Source: Fervidicoccaceae archaeon
GTDB lineage: Archaea > Thermoproteota > Thermoprotei_A > Sulfolobales > Fervidicoccaceae
DNA length: 64,000 nucleotides
Assembly (NCBI GenBank): GCA_038734945.1
Contig: JAVYOA010000009.1
Span: 248,001-312,000, forward strand
Reading direction: 5' to 3'
Shown one piece after another: positions 19,540-28,779 of this stretch. A program made the position numbers and the translations under genes. Positions within the stretch are counted from its first letter, which is position 1, and every line of letters starts with the position of its first letter. Under the pieces are notes generated by a model. It did not search any database. It was not told the origin of the DNA and saw only the letters and a program-made list of their open reading frames with translations.

Positions 19540-20934
19540 ATGAGCGAAAACGTGCTTGAAGAGATAAGAAAAAACAAGCTAAGATGGATAAACCTATTTC
19601 TCACAGATCTTGTTGGCCAGCTCCACCAGGTAACAATATCTTCAACGCTAGTTAATGAGGAAACAATTAAAGACGGTTTTGGGAAGCTGGATGGAAGCAG
19701 CATAGCTGGCTTCAAAGAAATATTTGAAAGCGACCTGGTTCTCCGAATCATAGCAGATACATTTAGAACCGATCCCTTCTTTCAAATGACTGGGGATGCC
19801 TTCGTTGCAGTTTTTGATAGTTTTGGCACTAATAGACTTGAAAAGGATCCGAGATTCGTGGCAGAAAAAGCTGAGTCAGCTTTGAACTCTGAAGGATATT
19901 CTCCTCTAGTTGGAACAGAGCTGGAGTTCCACATATTTGATGATGTTAAGGCCTGGCTTTCAAGTAAATCCTCTGGATATAGAATACGCTCCTCAGTTGC
20001 TGGATTTGAGAAGAAAAGGAACTACTCTCTATCTCCAAAGGGAGGATATTACGTTCCTCCTCCTTTTGATGACTCCCTGGAAATAAGGAAAGAAATAGGG
20101 GAAATACTTGAGAACAGCTTCAAAATATCCGTTGAGGCTCACCACCATGAAGTCGGTGCAGCAGGACAAGGTGAGATAAATTTTCAATCATCGACCCCTC
20201 CAAAAATAGGAGACTCAGTTCAGATAGTGAAGTATGTGTCCAGATTGGTTGCAAGGAAATACGGTAAAATTATAACATTTATGCCAAAACCAATTTATGG
20301 AGACAATGGAAGCGGAATGCATGTGCATGTAAGCTTGTGGAAAGGTAGCAGCAACTTGTTCTATGATGAGTCAGACAGCTATGCTAGCCTCAGCCAAATA
20401 GCTAGGTATTTTATTGGAGGGCTGATTGAGCACGGAAGAGCTATTTCAGCTATAGTATCTCCAACCGTCAATAGCTATAAGAGGCTTCTTCCAGGCTACG
20501 AGGCTCCAATATTTCTTGCTTGGAGCAAGGGGAACAGAAGTGCAGCAATTAGAATACCTTCTTATCATAAAGACACAAAATCATCAAAGAGGATTGAATA
20601 CAGACCTCCAGATCCCTCTTCCAACCCATATTTAGCAGTTTCGGCGGTACTTCTTGCAGGCCTTGATGGCCTTAAAAAGAAAATCGATCCAGGAGATCCT
20701 GTTGATGAGAACATCTATCATATGCCTCCTGATAAAATCAGAGAGAAAGGTATCTTGAAGCTCCCATCATCATTGGATGAAGCTCTTGACGAGCTTGAAT
20801 CAGATCATGAATTTCTCCTCCCAGCATTTTCGAAGAGCCTAATAGAGAAATACATAGAAGTTAAGAGAGAGGAGGCTAGGAAGCTGAGTTCCTTGATATC
20901 ACCTGCAGAAATTTACTTCTATCTGAATACTTGA
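19540..20934 (+). CDS. glnA: Glutamine synthetase type I
   Basis: DGSSIAGF, HHHEVG, FMPKPIYGDNGSGMHVH, NSYKRLLPGYEAP, NRSAAIRIP, RIEYRPPDPSSNPYL. Confidence 0.97.
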   Translation: MSENVLEEIRKNKLRWINLFLTDLVGQLHQVTISSTLVNEETIKDGFGKLDGSSIAGFKEIFESDLVLRIIADTFRTDPFFQMTGDAFVAVFDSFGTNRLEKDPRFVAEKAESALNSEGYSPLVGTELEFHIFDDVKAWLSSKSSGYRIRSSVAGFEKKRNYSLSPKGGYYVPPPFDDSLEIRKEIGEILENSFKISVEAHHHEVGAAGQGEINFQSSTPPKIGDSVQIVKYVSRLVARKYGKIITFMPKPIYGDNGSGMHVHVSLWKGSSNLFYDESDSYASLSQIARYFIGGLIEHGRAISAIVSPTVNSYKRLLPGYEAPIFLAWSKGNRSAAIRIPSYHKDTKSSKRIEYRPPDPSSNPYLAVSAVLLAGLDGLKKKIDPGDPVDENIYHMPPDKIREKGILKLPSSLDEALDELESDHEFLLPAFSKSLIEKYIEVKREEARKLSSLISPAEIYFYLNT

Positions 20935-21042
20935 AGTTTACAAGATGCCATCTTTTCGATTCTGCGTTCCTTCTTTTCTTAAAATGCATTGGGAAATAAA
21001 ACTTAAATCCAATGGAAAACTATTTACTTTGAGCGTGGTTCC

Positions 21043-21888
21043 ATGACGCTAACTGATCTGGCAAGCATCCTGTTTTGGCTCATTCTCTTTATACTCATAT
21101 TATCTCCAACTACCTCTCAGGCGAGAATAAGGGCCGCTCGCGCTAAAATTCTGTCCTCTCTTGAGGAAAAAACTGGGATGAAATTCATAACTCTCATACA
21201 CAGGCAGGAGAGAGTAGGAATACTGGGAATCCCCGTATACAGATACATAGACATAGAGGATAGCGAGGAAGTTCTGAGAGCTATAAGAGAAGTTCCAGAA
21301 GACACAGGTATTGCTATTGTTCTGCATACCCCAGGAGGCTTAGTGGTTGCTGCTTCTCAGATAGCTTTAGCCCTAAAGAGACATCCAGGAAAGAAAGTAG
21401 TTATAGTTCCTCACTATGCTATGAGCGGAGGCACTCTCATTTCCTTGGCTGCCGATGAAATTTGGATGGACAGAAATGCTATTCTAGGTCCAATTGATCC
21501 TCAAATTCCCTTCCAACAATACGGATCCCTTCCTGCTCCAAGCATAATAAAGCTTGCAAAGATGAAGGGAGAGAAGGCAGATGACATAACTCTAATAATG
21601 GCCGATGTAGCAGAAAAAGCTATCAGTGGAGTACAAGGTATAGTAGTTGAACTGCTCAAGGATAAGATAGGGGAAGAAAAGGCGAAGGAACTGGCTGAGA
21701 AATTGACCGGAGGTCAATGGACGCATGATTATCCGATAACTTTTGAAGAGGCATTGAAGCTAGGGCTTCCCGTCAAGGATACTGTGCCCTCAGAGATCTA
21801 CGATCTAATGTCTCTCTACAAAGCTCCTCTAATGCAGAGGAGCGGAGTGGAATATATTCCAAAAACTCCGCAGAGAGCAGAGAGATAA
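21043..21888 (+). CDS. ClpP/crotonase-fold serine proteinase (SDH family), membrane anchored
   Basis: N-terminal TM, LHTPGG, PHYAMSGGTL, LGPIDPQ, WTHDYPIT. Confidence 0.9.
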   Translation: MTLTDLASILFWLILFILILSPTTSQARIRAARAKILSSLEEKTGMKFITLIHRQERVGILGIPVYRYIDIEDSEEVLRAIREVPEDTGIAIVLHTPGGLVVAASQIALALKRHPGKKVVIVPHYAMSGGTLISLAADEIWMDRNAILGPIDPQIPFQQYGSLPAPSIIKLAKMKGEKADDITLIMADVAEKAISGVQGIVVELLKDKIGEEKAKELAEKLTGGQWTHDYPITFEEALKLGLPVKDTVPSEIYDLMSLYKAPLMQRSGVEYIPKTPQRAER

Positions 21889-21995
21889 ACGAAATTTCCT
21901 TTCAAATAAACTCAGAATCACTTCATAGAGTGCGGAAAACCAAGAAAGGAAAATTATGGAAAGCGTCTTTTCCAGCATTTTTCTAGAACCATATA

Positions 21996-22691
21996 TTAAA
22001 ATGAAACTCTCCAAGCATTTTCATTAGGGTCGAATGATATTCTTCCCTCAGAAAGCAGCTTCTTATATAGAGTGGCCATCTTTTCTGGTAAAAGTTTTAC
22101 TACTTTGGCTGGATCTTTTTCTTTAACCGATGCCATCTTCGCTTGGAACTTATCCCAAAATTCCGGATCAACAGCAACATATTCCTTTTCTAATTCCAAT
22201 ACTATTGCTCCTTCTCTCCTCAGCTTATCGAAGAATGCTCTTGGATTCTTCAACCATGTGAGCTCGCTTTGAAACACAACCCCCTCAATGCTCAGTCTCT
22301 CTATTGCTGTCCCTCCCCTTGCTGTTCTTGCCGTTCGCCTCTCTTCAATTTCGGGCAAAGGGTGTTCAGACTGTTTCTGGATAGTCTCCTCAAGCTTGTC
22401 TATTCTTTCTCTCAGCTCAGCAATAGAGCGAGCTAGCTCGTCAATCTTCCCTGTAAATGGATTCACAATGTCCTGAACTGCTCTAGCCACACTTTGAGCA
22501 ATCTCTTTTTCCTTCTGAACAGACTCCTGACTTATAGCCTCTTTTTGTGGTTGAAGAGGCTGTAGAGATTTTTGTTCAGCAAAGATGATGCTCTTTATAT
22601 AATCTGAGATGCTCTCAAATCCTTTTGAGGCAGCCTTTGTTCTAAGCTGGTTGAACTCTTCATCAGTAAATTTTATTGTTACTATAGGCAA
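21996..22691 (-). CDS. Ribbon-helix-helix (CopG-like) N-terminal protein with coiled coil and C-terminal domain
   Basis: IVTIKFTDEEFNQLRTKAASKGFESISDYIKSII is RHH-like; TTG start after GGTGA; directly downstream of the ESCRT-III gene. Confidence 0.75.
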   Translation of the reverse strand: MPIVTIKFTDEEFNQLRTKAASKGFESISDYIKSIIFAEQKSLQPLQPQKEAISQESVQKEKEIAQSVARAVQDIVNPFTGKIDELARSIAELRERIDKLEETIQKQSEHPLPEIEERRTARTARGGTAIERLSIEGVVFQSELTWLKNPRAFFDKLRREGAIVLELEKEYVAVDPEFWDKFQAKMASVKEKDPAKVVKLLPEKMATLYKKLLSEGRISFDPNENAWRVSF

Positions 22692-22703
22692 GAGTCTTCA
22701 CCG

Positions 22704-23252
22704 CTAGGGAGGTGAGGGAAGCTTTCCCCTCTCTCTGCTCTTAGCTACTTCTGCAGCTTCTCTCAATATTGACTCTACCTCATTGCTTACCTCATTATTG
22801 TATGTGAAGCTTCCCTCTATCTGAGCGAATGAGCTGATTTCTATTCCCATATCATTAAGCTTTTCCTCAAGGTCTGAAAACATAAGCGAGAGCTCTGGAG
22901 CAGCCTTAATAAAGCTCTTTTTCAGGTCTGCTACCAAAGGGATTACTTCCTTTGCAATATCTATGGTGGCATTCATATCAAGCATCGTCTCAAATTTTAC
23001 TCTGAGCCTCTCCACGGAAAATCTCATGGCCTTTATATTTCCCAGCACCTTCTTTCTCTCTGCCAGTTCAGAAGCTATTTGAAGAGCCATATCTTTTCCA
23101 TAGAGATCATTGACCTTCAATATTTCCTGCATTTTCTCTTCAATTCCTCTCTCTAGCTTTCCTTCAATGAACCTTAGCTTGTTCTCCATAACTCTAAGAG
23201 TAGAGACTGTCCTGGCAAGCTTCGTTCTATCGATCTTTTTCTTACCAAACAA
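22704..23252 (-). CDS. ESCRT-III/Snf7 (CdvB-like) paralogue
   Basis: Helical Snf7 core (ASELAERKK...SVERLRVKFETM...PELSLMFSDL), C-terminal ESILREAAEVA followed by proline-rich LPSPP. Confidence 0.85.
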   Translation of the reverse strand: MFGKKKIDRTKLARTVSTLRVMENKLRFIEGKLERGIEEKMQEILKVNDLYGKDMALQIASELAERKKVLGNIKAMRFSVERLRVKFETMLDMNATIDIAKEVIPLVADLKKSFIKAAPELSLMFSDLEEKLNDMGIEISSFAQIEGSFTYNNEVSNEVESILREAAEVAKSRERGKLPSPP

Positions 23253-23337
23253 CTTTGAGCACCAGAGGGAAAAACAGATACAATTGCCTCTACATGCATA
23301 TATTGTTATCTGGCATTTAAAAATAAAATGGCACTAT

Positions 23338-24624
23338 CTACGTTTTCCTTCTAAAGAGCTTCTTTCCCGAAATTTTGCTTGACAGTATTCTCTCTCCTTG
23401 GAACCACCTAGCTCCTAAATATAGCACTATAGCAAAGTAGAGAATGTTTGCCAAAAAGCTAAGAATCACTGGCTCAGACCATCCCTGTATTGAGGCCTTT
23501 ATTGCTATTAGCGGTGTTGATGCTGGTATGGCAGAAATAGCTAGAACTTGCGCAGTGCTTAGCTGAGAGAGATCTATATACATCAGCAGAATATATGGAA
23601 TCAACATAGGAAGCCATGCATAGGAAGCCATTGCTTGTGCTTCCCTAACATTATTAGCCAAGGAAGCTATGAGAATGGAAGCTGCTAGAAGGAAGAGAAG
23701 CGATAGAAGAAGTCCTAGCGCTGCTTCAACAAGAGATGCTGGAGAAAGGAGCTCCACCGATTCAGCAATGCTAACACTTCCTCCGGGAATATTTGATGTT
23801 ATAGAACTTATGTAATAGTAGAATCCAATAACCATTCCTACCATACCGGCAAGGGATATCAAGAACGCCCCAACTATTTTGCTAATTAATATTTGAGATC
23901 TCTTCACAGGAAACGAAAGCAAGATCTCTAGGGTTTTCTCCTCTTTCTCAATTCCCATGCTGGATGCTGCCAGGCTGGTAGCTATTGAAAAGATCATCAG
24001 AGGGGCAACGATCAGCATTATTGCTCCGCTGAGAAGAGAATTTATGGTTTTGACATTAAATTCCCTACCTCCTATAAATGCTGTTTCATTCAGTGATATT
24101 AGATGAAGGAGAGAAGAGGCGTTCAAATTCGGATATGCCTGGGATATTAGACCTAAAAGTATCTGCTGCTGGAAAGCATTGATGGATGAGGAAATTGCGG
24201 AGAATTTAGCAATGGATGAAATGCTTATGTCTCTAACGACTTCATAAGATTGCAGTGTAGTTCCGGTGCCTGAGCTGATCAGCTTCGTGAAGTTTTCTGG
24301 AATCAGTAAAAGTGCATCAAATTTTCCGCTTGCAAGAATTGATTTAGGATCTGAATTTGCTGGAAAGACCTCAATCTTCGAATTAGTAGATGTCTTTATA
24401 AACTCTACGAGAAGTTTTGAGAGATCTCCACCATCCTCATTTATTACAGCTAAATTTAGTCCTGAAGTAGCTGCCCGTGCCGTATTAGATGTCGCATATC
24501 CTATTACCTGACCAAGGAGTATGAAAATTACTATTGGAGCAAGGATCATCAAAACAAATATCCTAGGATCCCTAAGCAACTCCTTCGTTTCCTTGGAAAT
24601 CAGAGTAACAAGAGGGCTTCTCAA
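23338..24624 (-). CDS. ABC-2 type exporter permease (NatB-like)
   Basis: KETKELLRDPR, EKEEKTLEILLSFPV, multiple TM helices. Confidence 0.9.
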   Translation of the reverse strand: MRSPLVTLISKETKELLRDPRIFVLMILAPIVIFILLGQVIGYATSNTARAATSGLNLAVINEDGGDLSKLLVEFIKTSTNSKIEVFPANSDPKSILASGKFDALLLIPENFTKLISSGTGTTLQSYEVVRDISISSIAKFSAISSSINAFQQQILLGLISQAYPNLNASSLLHLISLNETAFIGGREFNVKTINSLLSGAIMLIVAPLMIFSIATSLAASSMGIEKEEKTLEILLSFPVKRSQILISKIVGAFLISLAGMVGMVIGFYYYISSITSNIPGGSVSIAESVELLSPASLVEAALGLLLSLLFLLAASILIASLANNVREAQAMASYAWLPMLIPYILLMYIDLSQLSTAQVLAISAIPASTPLIAIKASIQGWSEPVILSFLANILYFAIVLYLGARWFQGERILSSKISGKKLFRRKT

Positions 24625-25340
24625 GCTCTTATCGCCTCCATGAAAGCCTCCTCTAGGTTTGAGGATCTGTATCTTTCAATGAGCTCTCTAGGGCTCCCCA
24701 TATCGATTATATTTCCATTATGAATGAACGCAACTCTGTCGCAGAGGAACTCTACTTCTAGCATATTGTGGCTACTGAGAAGAACTGTGATGTGAAATTT
24801 CTTCGCCCTTTTCTTTATTTCGTCTCTGAGCTGGAGTGAGTACAATACATCTATACCGCTTGTAGGCTCATCAAGTATAGCAACTTTTGGTCTAATCATT
24901 AGAGCTCTAGCCAATTGAAGTCTCCTTTTCATTCCTTTGCTGTAAGTCTTTATTCTTTCATTCAGGGCTTCTCCTAAGCCAGTTATCTCAATGCCTTCAC
25001 TGACTGCATCTTCTCCAACATTATATAGCGAAGCGACAAATCGAAGGTACTCTATTCCCGTCATATACGGATATGCACCTGCATCTTCAGGAAGATAGCT
25101 AATTATTTTTCTCACTTCCTCTGCTTGACTAACAACATCTTTTCCATAAACCTGTACTTTTCCTCCGCTTGGCTTTAAAAGTGTAGCGATTATCCTCAGC
25201 GTTGTTGTCTTTCCTGCCCCATTTGGACCGACCAATCCAAATATTTCCCCCTCTTTCACTTCAAATGAAATAGATTTGATAGCCTCTTTTTTTCCGAATG
25301 TTTTAACCAAGTCTGCTACAGATATAGCAGCTTCAATCAT
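24621..25340 (-). CDS. ABC transporter ATP-binding protein
   Basis: GPNGAGKTT, YSKGMKRR, LDEPTSG, SSH. Confidence 0.95.
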   Translation of the reverse strand: MIEAAISVADLVKTFGKKEAIKSISFEVKEGEIFGLVGPNGAGKTTTLRIIATLLKPSGGKVQVYGKDVVSQAEEVRKIISYLPEDAGAYPYMTGIEYLRFVASLYNVGEDAVSEGIEITGLGEALNERIKTYSKGMKRRLQLARALMIRPKVAILDEPTSGIDVLYSLQLRDEIKKRAKKFHITVLLSSHNMLEVEFLCDRVAFIHNGNIIDMGSPRELIERYRSSNLEEAFMEAIRA

Positions 25341-25471
25341 CTATTAAACCTCCAATATTTTCTTTCTAACTTTCTATCATTCCCTTTTTTCGGATGCAAT
25401 TATATTCGATAATTGTAATGTTTTGATATAATAAGATTTATAGAATTATTTTTCTCGAGAGGTAATGAACT

Positions 25472-26212
25472 ATGAGCAAGTCTTTCAAAATTTCAACTCT
25501 CTTTCCTGTTGATCTAATTGTCGATGTAAACGAAGAAATTCATTCCAAGAATCTATTTGAGGAGCTGAAAAGATTGGGAATAAAGATAGCTGTTTTGAAG
25601 TTGGAAGCGGGCGACTACCTGATTCCAGCAGAAAATGGAGCAGGGATTCTGATTGAGAGAAAAAGAGACGAAGATTTCATTTCAAGCATAATTGACTCTA
25701 GATTATGGAGCCAAGCTGAGCTCCTTTCTAAAGCTTCAAAAGAAAAAGGCTTAATTTCTGTTTTGCTAATTGAAGGAGATCTTTGGAAAGCCATTAAGGA
25801 AAGGGGAATTTCGGAAACTGCTGTCATTAGATCTATAGATGAAATAGCAATTGATTTTAGAATTCCCATCATCTATACTTCTGGTCCGAAATCTACTGCC
25901 TCGTGGATTGCAGCGAAAATAAAATCGATCAATAGAAAAAGAGGAAAAGAAAAATTCCTGCCGTATGTCAGAAAAAAAGCGAGAAGCGATAGCGAAAGGA
26001 TTTTGAATTCTTTAGCCATATTGACAGGATACGAAACTGCTAGGAAACTTCTATTAAAATATAGGACACTGAAGAACGTGTATTCATGCACCATAGAAGA
26101 TCTAATGAGCATAGAGGGAATTGGAGAAACGAGAGCCAGAAAGATTTTCACACTTTTCAATCTGTCCTATGAAGAGAAAAACAATGCGGAGGCCAGGGGA
26201 GAGGAAAGATAA
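25472..26212 (+). CDS. xpf: XPF/ERCC4 structure-specific endonuclease (short crenarchaeal form)
   Basis: VDVNE, GDYL, IERKRDEDF nuclease motif, C-terminal HhH (IEGIGETRA). Confidence 0.92.
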   Translation: MSKSFKISTLFPVDLIVDVNEEIHSKNLFEELKRLGIKIAVLKLEAGDYLIPAENGAGILIERKRDEDFISSIIDSRLWSQAELLSKASKEKGLISVLLIEGDLWKAIKERGISETAVIRSIDEIAIDFRIPIIYTSGPKSTASWIAAKIKSINRKRGKEKFLPYVRKKARSDSERILNSLAILTGYETARKLLLKYRTLKNVYSCTIEDLMSIEGIGETRARKIFTLFNLSYEEKNNAEARGEER

Positions 26213-26274
26213 TGGTAGCCGGGCGGGGATTCGAACCCCGGTCGCGGGGGATCTCCCCAGCCTCCTCAACCCCC
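26213..26274 (-). tRNA. 3' half of tRNA-Gln (positions 38-76 incl. CCA; 26250-26213) with a 24-nt G-rich leader; candidate split (trans-spliced) tRNA gene
   Basis: Minus strand GGGGGTTGAGGAGGCTGGGGAGAT|C CCCCG CGAC CGGGG TTCGAAT CCCCG CCCGGCT A CCA: perfect T-arm, U72/A73 with a CCCGGCT acceptor strand typical of crenarchaeal tRNA-Gln; no D-arm or anticodon upstream. Confidence 0.85.
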
Positions 26275-26298
26275 TTAGATGTTTTTGTATCATCCCCC

Positions 26299-26310
26299 TT
26301 TTAAATTTTT
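26299..26310 (-). promoter_or_regulatory. BRE-TATA promoter of the tRNA-Gln 3' half
   Basis: Minus strand AAAAA TTTAAAA; the TATA occupies -31 to -25 relative to the first G of the leader (26274). Confidence 0.7.
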
Positions 26311-26371
26311 AATGAAAAGATCCAAGTTATCTCCCTTAAAATCTCAATCAAATCTGTATTGTATTCTGGAG

Positions 26372-27406
26372 ATGGAGAAATTGTTATCTCCTCCGCCCGA
26401 AAGCTTAAAAAAAGGGAATTTGAGAGAGGCGATGGAACTTTTTCTGAATTTACTGAGGGCAGGAGGCTCCAGCGAAAAAACTATCTTGAGCTACCGCGCA
26501 GCAATAGAGGACTTTCTAAATTCAACAGGATTGCAGAAAGCTGAAGACATAAAGCAGGAGATTATTGTTTCATGGATAAATTCAAAGCTGAAAAAAGGAG
26601 GAAGAGAGAGAAAGAAAGTTCAGGCTACAATGCATTATTATACATTGTTTGTTCGGAGATGGCTAGTTTGGCTAGGTTTCTCCAAGGATATTATTCCAGT
26701 TGTAAAGAAGCCCAGCTCATCAGAGGTAACAGCCCTTACAGAGGAAGAAGTAGAAAGACTCATGAACTCATGCAGAGATCTTACGGATTTGCTTATTGTT
26801 TCCCTCCTCTTTGAAACAGGAATGAGAGCGAATGAGCTTCTTTCTATTACAGATGATGATATAGATATCCAGAAGGGAGAGGTTGTAATTAGAAATGCTA
26901 AGTATGGCAAAGAAAGGGTTGTTTTTTTGGGAGAGATATCCAAAAAAGCTGTGGAGATGAGGCTTGAAGAACTGAGAAAGATTGGCGGAGGAAGAATTGT
27001 GAGCTTATCATATAATGGGCTATACAAGAGATTGAAGAGCTTGGCAAGAAGATCTGGATTGGACGAAGAGAAGGTTCATCCACACATTCTCAGACATACT
27101 TTTGCTACCGTTGCTATACGAAGAGGTATGAGCCTTCCTGCTCTGCAGAGAATACTTGGTCATTCTGATATAAAGATCACTCAAGTCTACATGCACCTCG
27201 TAAAGGATGATTTGAAGAGAGAATACAGAGAAAAATTCTTTAAAGAAACCATGATCTCAGAAAAAATTAACTCCAACCCAGCAGAAAAGAAGAAAATCAA
27301 CTATTGCCCAAATTGTGGAAGCAGAATAATACCTGGTTCAAAATTCTGTCCATACTGTGGATTCCATCTTGAGTTGAATTCTGAAGCAGCAGAAGATGTT
27401 TCATGA
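26372..27406 (+). CDS. xerA: Tyrosine recombinase XerA-like with C-terminal zinc ribbon
   Basis: N-terminal SEKTILSY, catalytic ETGMRANE, HPHILRHTFAT, LGHSDIKITQVY; CPNC...CPYC tail; start set at ATG 26372; flanked by housekeeping genes. Confidence 0.88.
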   Translation: MEKLLSPPPESLKKGNLREAMELFLNLLRAGGSSEKTILSYRAAIEDFLNSTGLQKAEDIKQEIIVSWINSKLKKGGRERKKVQATMHYYTLFVRRWLVWLGFSKDIIPVVKKPSSSEVTALTEEEVERLMNSCRDLTDLLIVSLLFETGMRANELLSITDDDIDIQKGEVVIRNAKYGKERVVFLGEISKKAVEMRLEELRKIGGGRIVSLSYNGLYKRLKSLARRSGLDEEKVHPHILRHTFATVAIRRGMSLPALQRILGHSDIKITQVYMHLVKDDLKREYREKFFKETMISEKINSNPAEKKKINYCPNCGSRIIPGSKFCPYCGFHLELNSEAAEDVS

Positions 27407-27593
27407 TTTTTAGAAGTTTTCAATATTTGCTATAAATAACTATATCTTTGCAGTCTTGTTAATACCTTTTTATTACTTTATCACAGGCAGAAAGAATATT
27501 TGTTCAGGACAGTTTTAATTAATATTTAAATTTTTTGTTTTTATCTATAACTATCATAATGTTTTATAAGAACAAAAGAAAAACCTAATTACG

Positions 27594-27776
27594 GTGTTCG
27601 GAATGAAAAAGCTAAAAGTTAAAAAAATTGCAATGATCGGAAAGCATCTTTACTTGGAGCTCCCCATCGAATGGACTTCGAGAAATAATCTATCGCCTGG
27701 AGACACTGTTTATGTAGTCGACTCAAATGGTGAGCTAAGAATAATACCTTTGCCATCCCAAGGAAGAACAAAGTAA
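27594..27776 (+). CDS. Small AbrB/SpoVT family DNA-binding protein
   Basis: KKIAMIGKHLYLELPIEW...LSPGDTVYV...LRIIP. Confidence 0.8.
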   Translation: MFGMKKLKVKKIAMIGKHLYLELPIEWTSRNNLSPGDTVYVVDSNGELRIIPLPSQGRTK

Positions 27777-27786
27777 GTGAGGTTAA

Positions 27787-28779
27787 ATGGTCGAGATAAG
27801 GAAAGTACAGAAATTAGGAACTTCATCTCTTATAATAACTTTGCCGAAAACTTGGGTTAACAGACTAGGTATAAGACCTGGAGATTCCGTCTACTTAGTT
27901 GAAAAAGAAAGAGAGCTAAGAATAATTCCATTTCAAGGAGAAGGAGAATTTACAGTCTTACTGAAAAATGAAGCAGTAAAGGAAAAGGATGTTACAAAAA
28001 TATTGAGATGTGCTATGATGATGGGCTTCTCAAAGATAAGGATAAAGTTTGAATCTCCCATAACAAAAAATGAGGAAAATATCATCAGCTCAGTTGTTTC
28101 TCTCGACAGAGACTATGAAGGGAAAGTTGTAGATCCATTTACCTACGATGTGAACCTAGTAAATAGGATAGGTATCGAGGAAGTTGGCGCTATGATTAGA
28201 GAAACGCTCTCGTTATTAGAAAAATCTCTTATGCAGCTAGCAGAGGCGGTTGAATCTCTCTCTCCAAAAATTCTCGAAGATCTGGAGAGAACGCAGAAGC
28301 TATTAGAGCAAAGGAGATTCAATAGAAAGCATGTGGCAAGGATAATTGAGGGCAGTAGGGGAGACCTCATTGAAGAAAGAAGAGTATGCTCCTTTGTCTA
28401 CTCATCTTATAACGTGTGCATGGGATTCAACAGTCTTCACAGATCACTAATTGAGATTGTCAAGGAAATTGGACCAGAGGGAATAGTTAGCAGAGAAAAT
28501 GCTGAGCTAATAAAAAAGATAATTTCGATGTATTTGAATGCTCTCTGGGAGACAATTGGAGCATTGACAAATGAGAGCCTAAAAAGAATAGACAATGCAA
28601 GGGAAATTCTGACAAATCTAGCTTCTTATTACAGGACTATATTCAAAAATGAAAATATCAAGAACCCCGCTATTATGGGAATATTAGTAACAATACTCAA
28701 CTCACTTAGATACTTTGAAGTACTTCTGGAAGATATCTATTGCTATATTGAGTCAAAGAACTTAGAATTTGTTGTCTAA
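27787..28779 (+). CDS. AbrB-domain PhoU-like regulator
   Basis: IRKVQKLGTSSLIITLPKTWV...IRPGDSV followed by a helical PhoU-like region. Confidence 0.8.
   Translation: MVEIRKVQKLGTSSLIITLPKTWVNRLGIRPGDSVYLVEKERELRIIPFQGEGEFTVLLKNEAVKEKDVTKILRCAMMMGFSKIRIKFESPITKNEENIISSVVSLDRDYEGKVVDPFTYDVNLVNRIGIEEVGAMIRETLSLLEKSLMQLAEAVESLSPKILEDLERTQKLLEQRRFNRKHVARIIEGSRGDLIEERRVCSFVYSSYNVCMGFNSLHRSLIEIVKEIGPEGIVSRENAELIKKIISMYLNALWETIGALTNESLKRIDNAREILTNLASYYRTIFKNENIKNPAIMGILVTILNSLRYFEVLLEDIYCYIESKNLEFVV

Noticed and set aside
1476..26274. Apparent glutamine theme (gatCAB, glnA, tRNA-Gln half)
   Set aside because: Spread over 25 kb among unrelated genes, and archaeal Gln-tRNA is made mainly by GatDE, which is not in the window.
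26102..26312. 63-aa ORFs on both strands over the tRNA half
   Set aside because: They overlap xpf and the RNA element and show no protein-like features.
27425..27452. AT-rich sequence downstream of xerA loosely resembling an archaeal dif site
   Set aside because: The arms are poorly symmetric and fit only with a 4-nt rather than 6-nt spacer; expected by chance in AT-rich DNA.
26213..28779. Integrated element (tRNA fragment as att site plus integrase)
   Set aside because: The recombinase looks like chromosomal XerA, the flanks are core genes, I saw no second direct repeat, and the fragment has a positioned promoter and BHB-compatible leader. Kept only as an alternative to the split-tRNA model.
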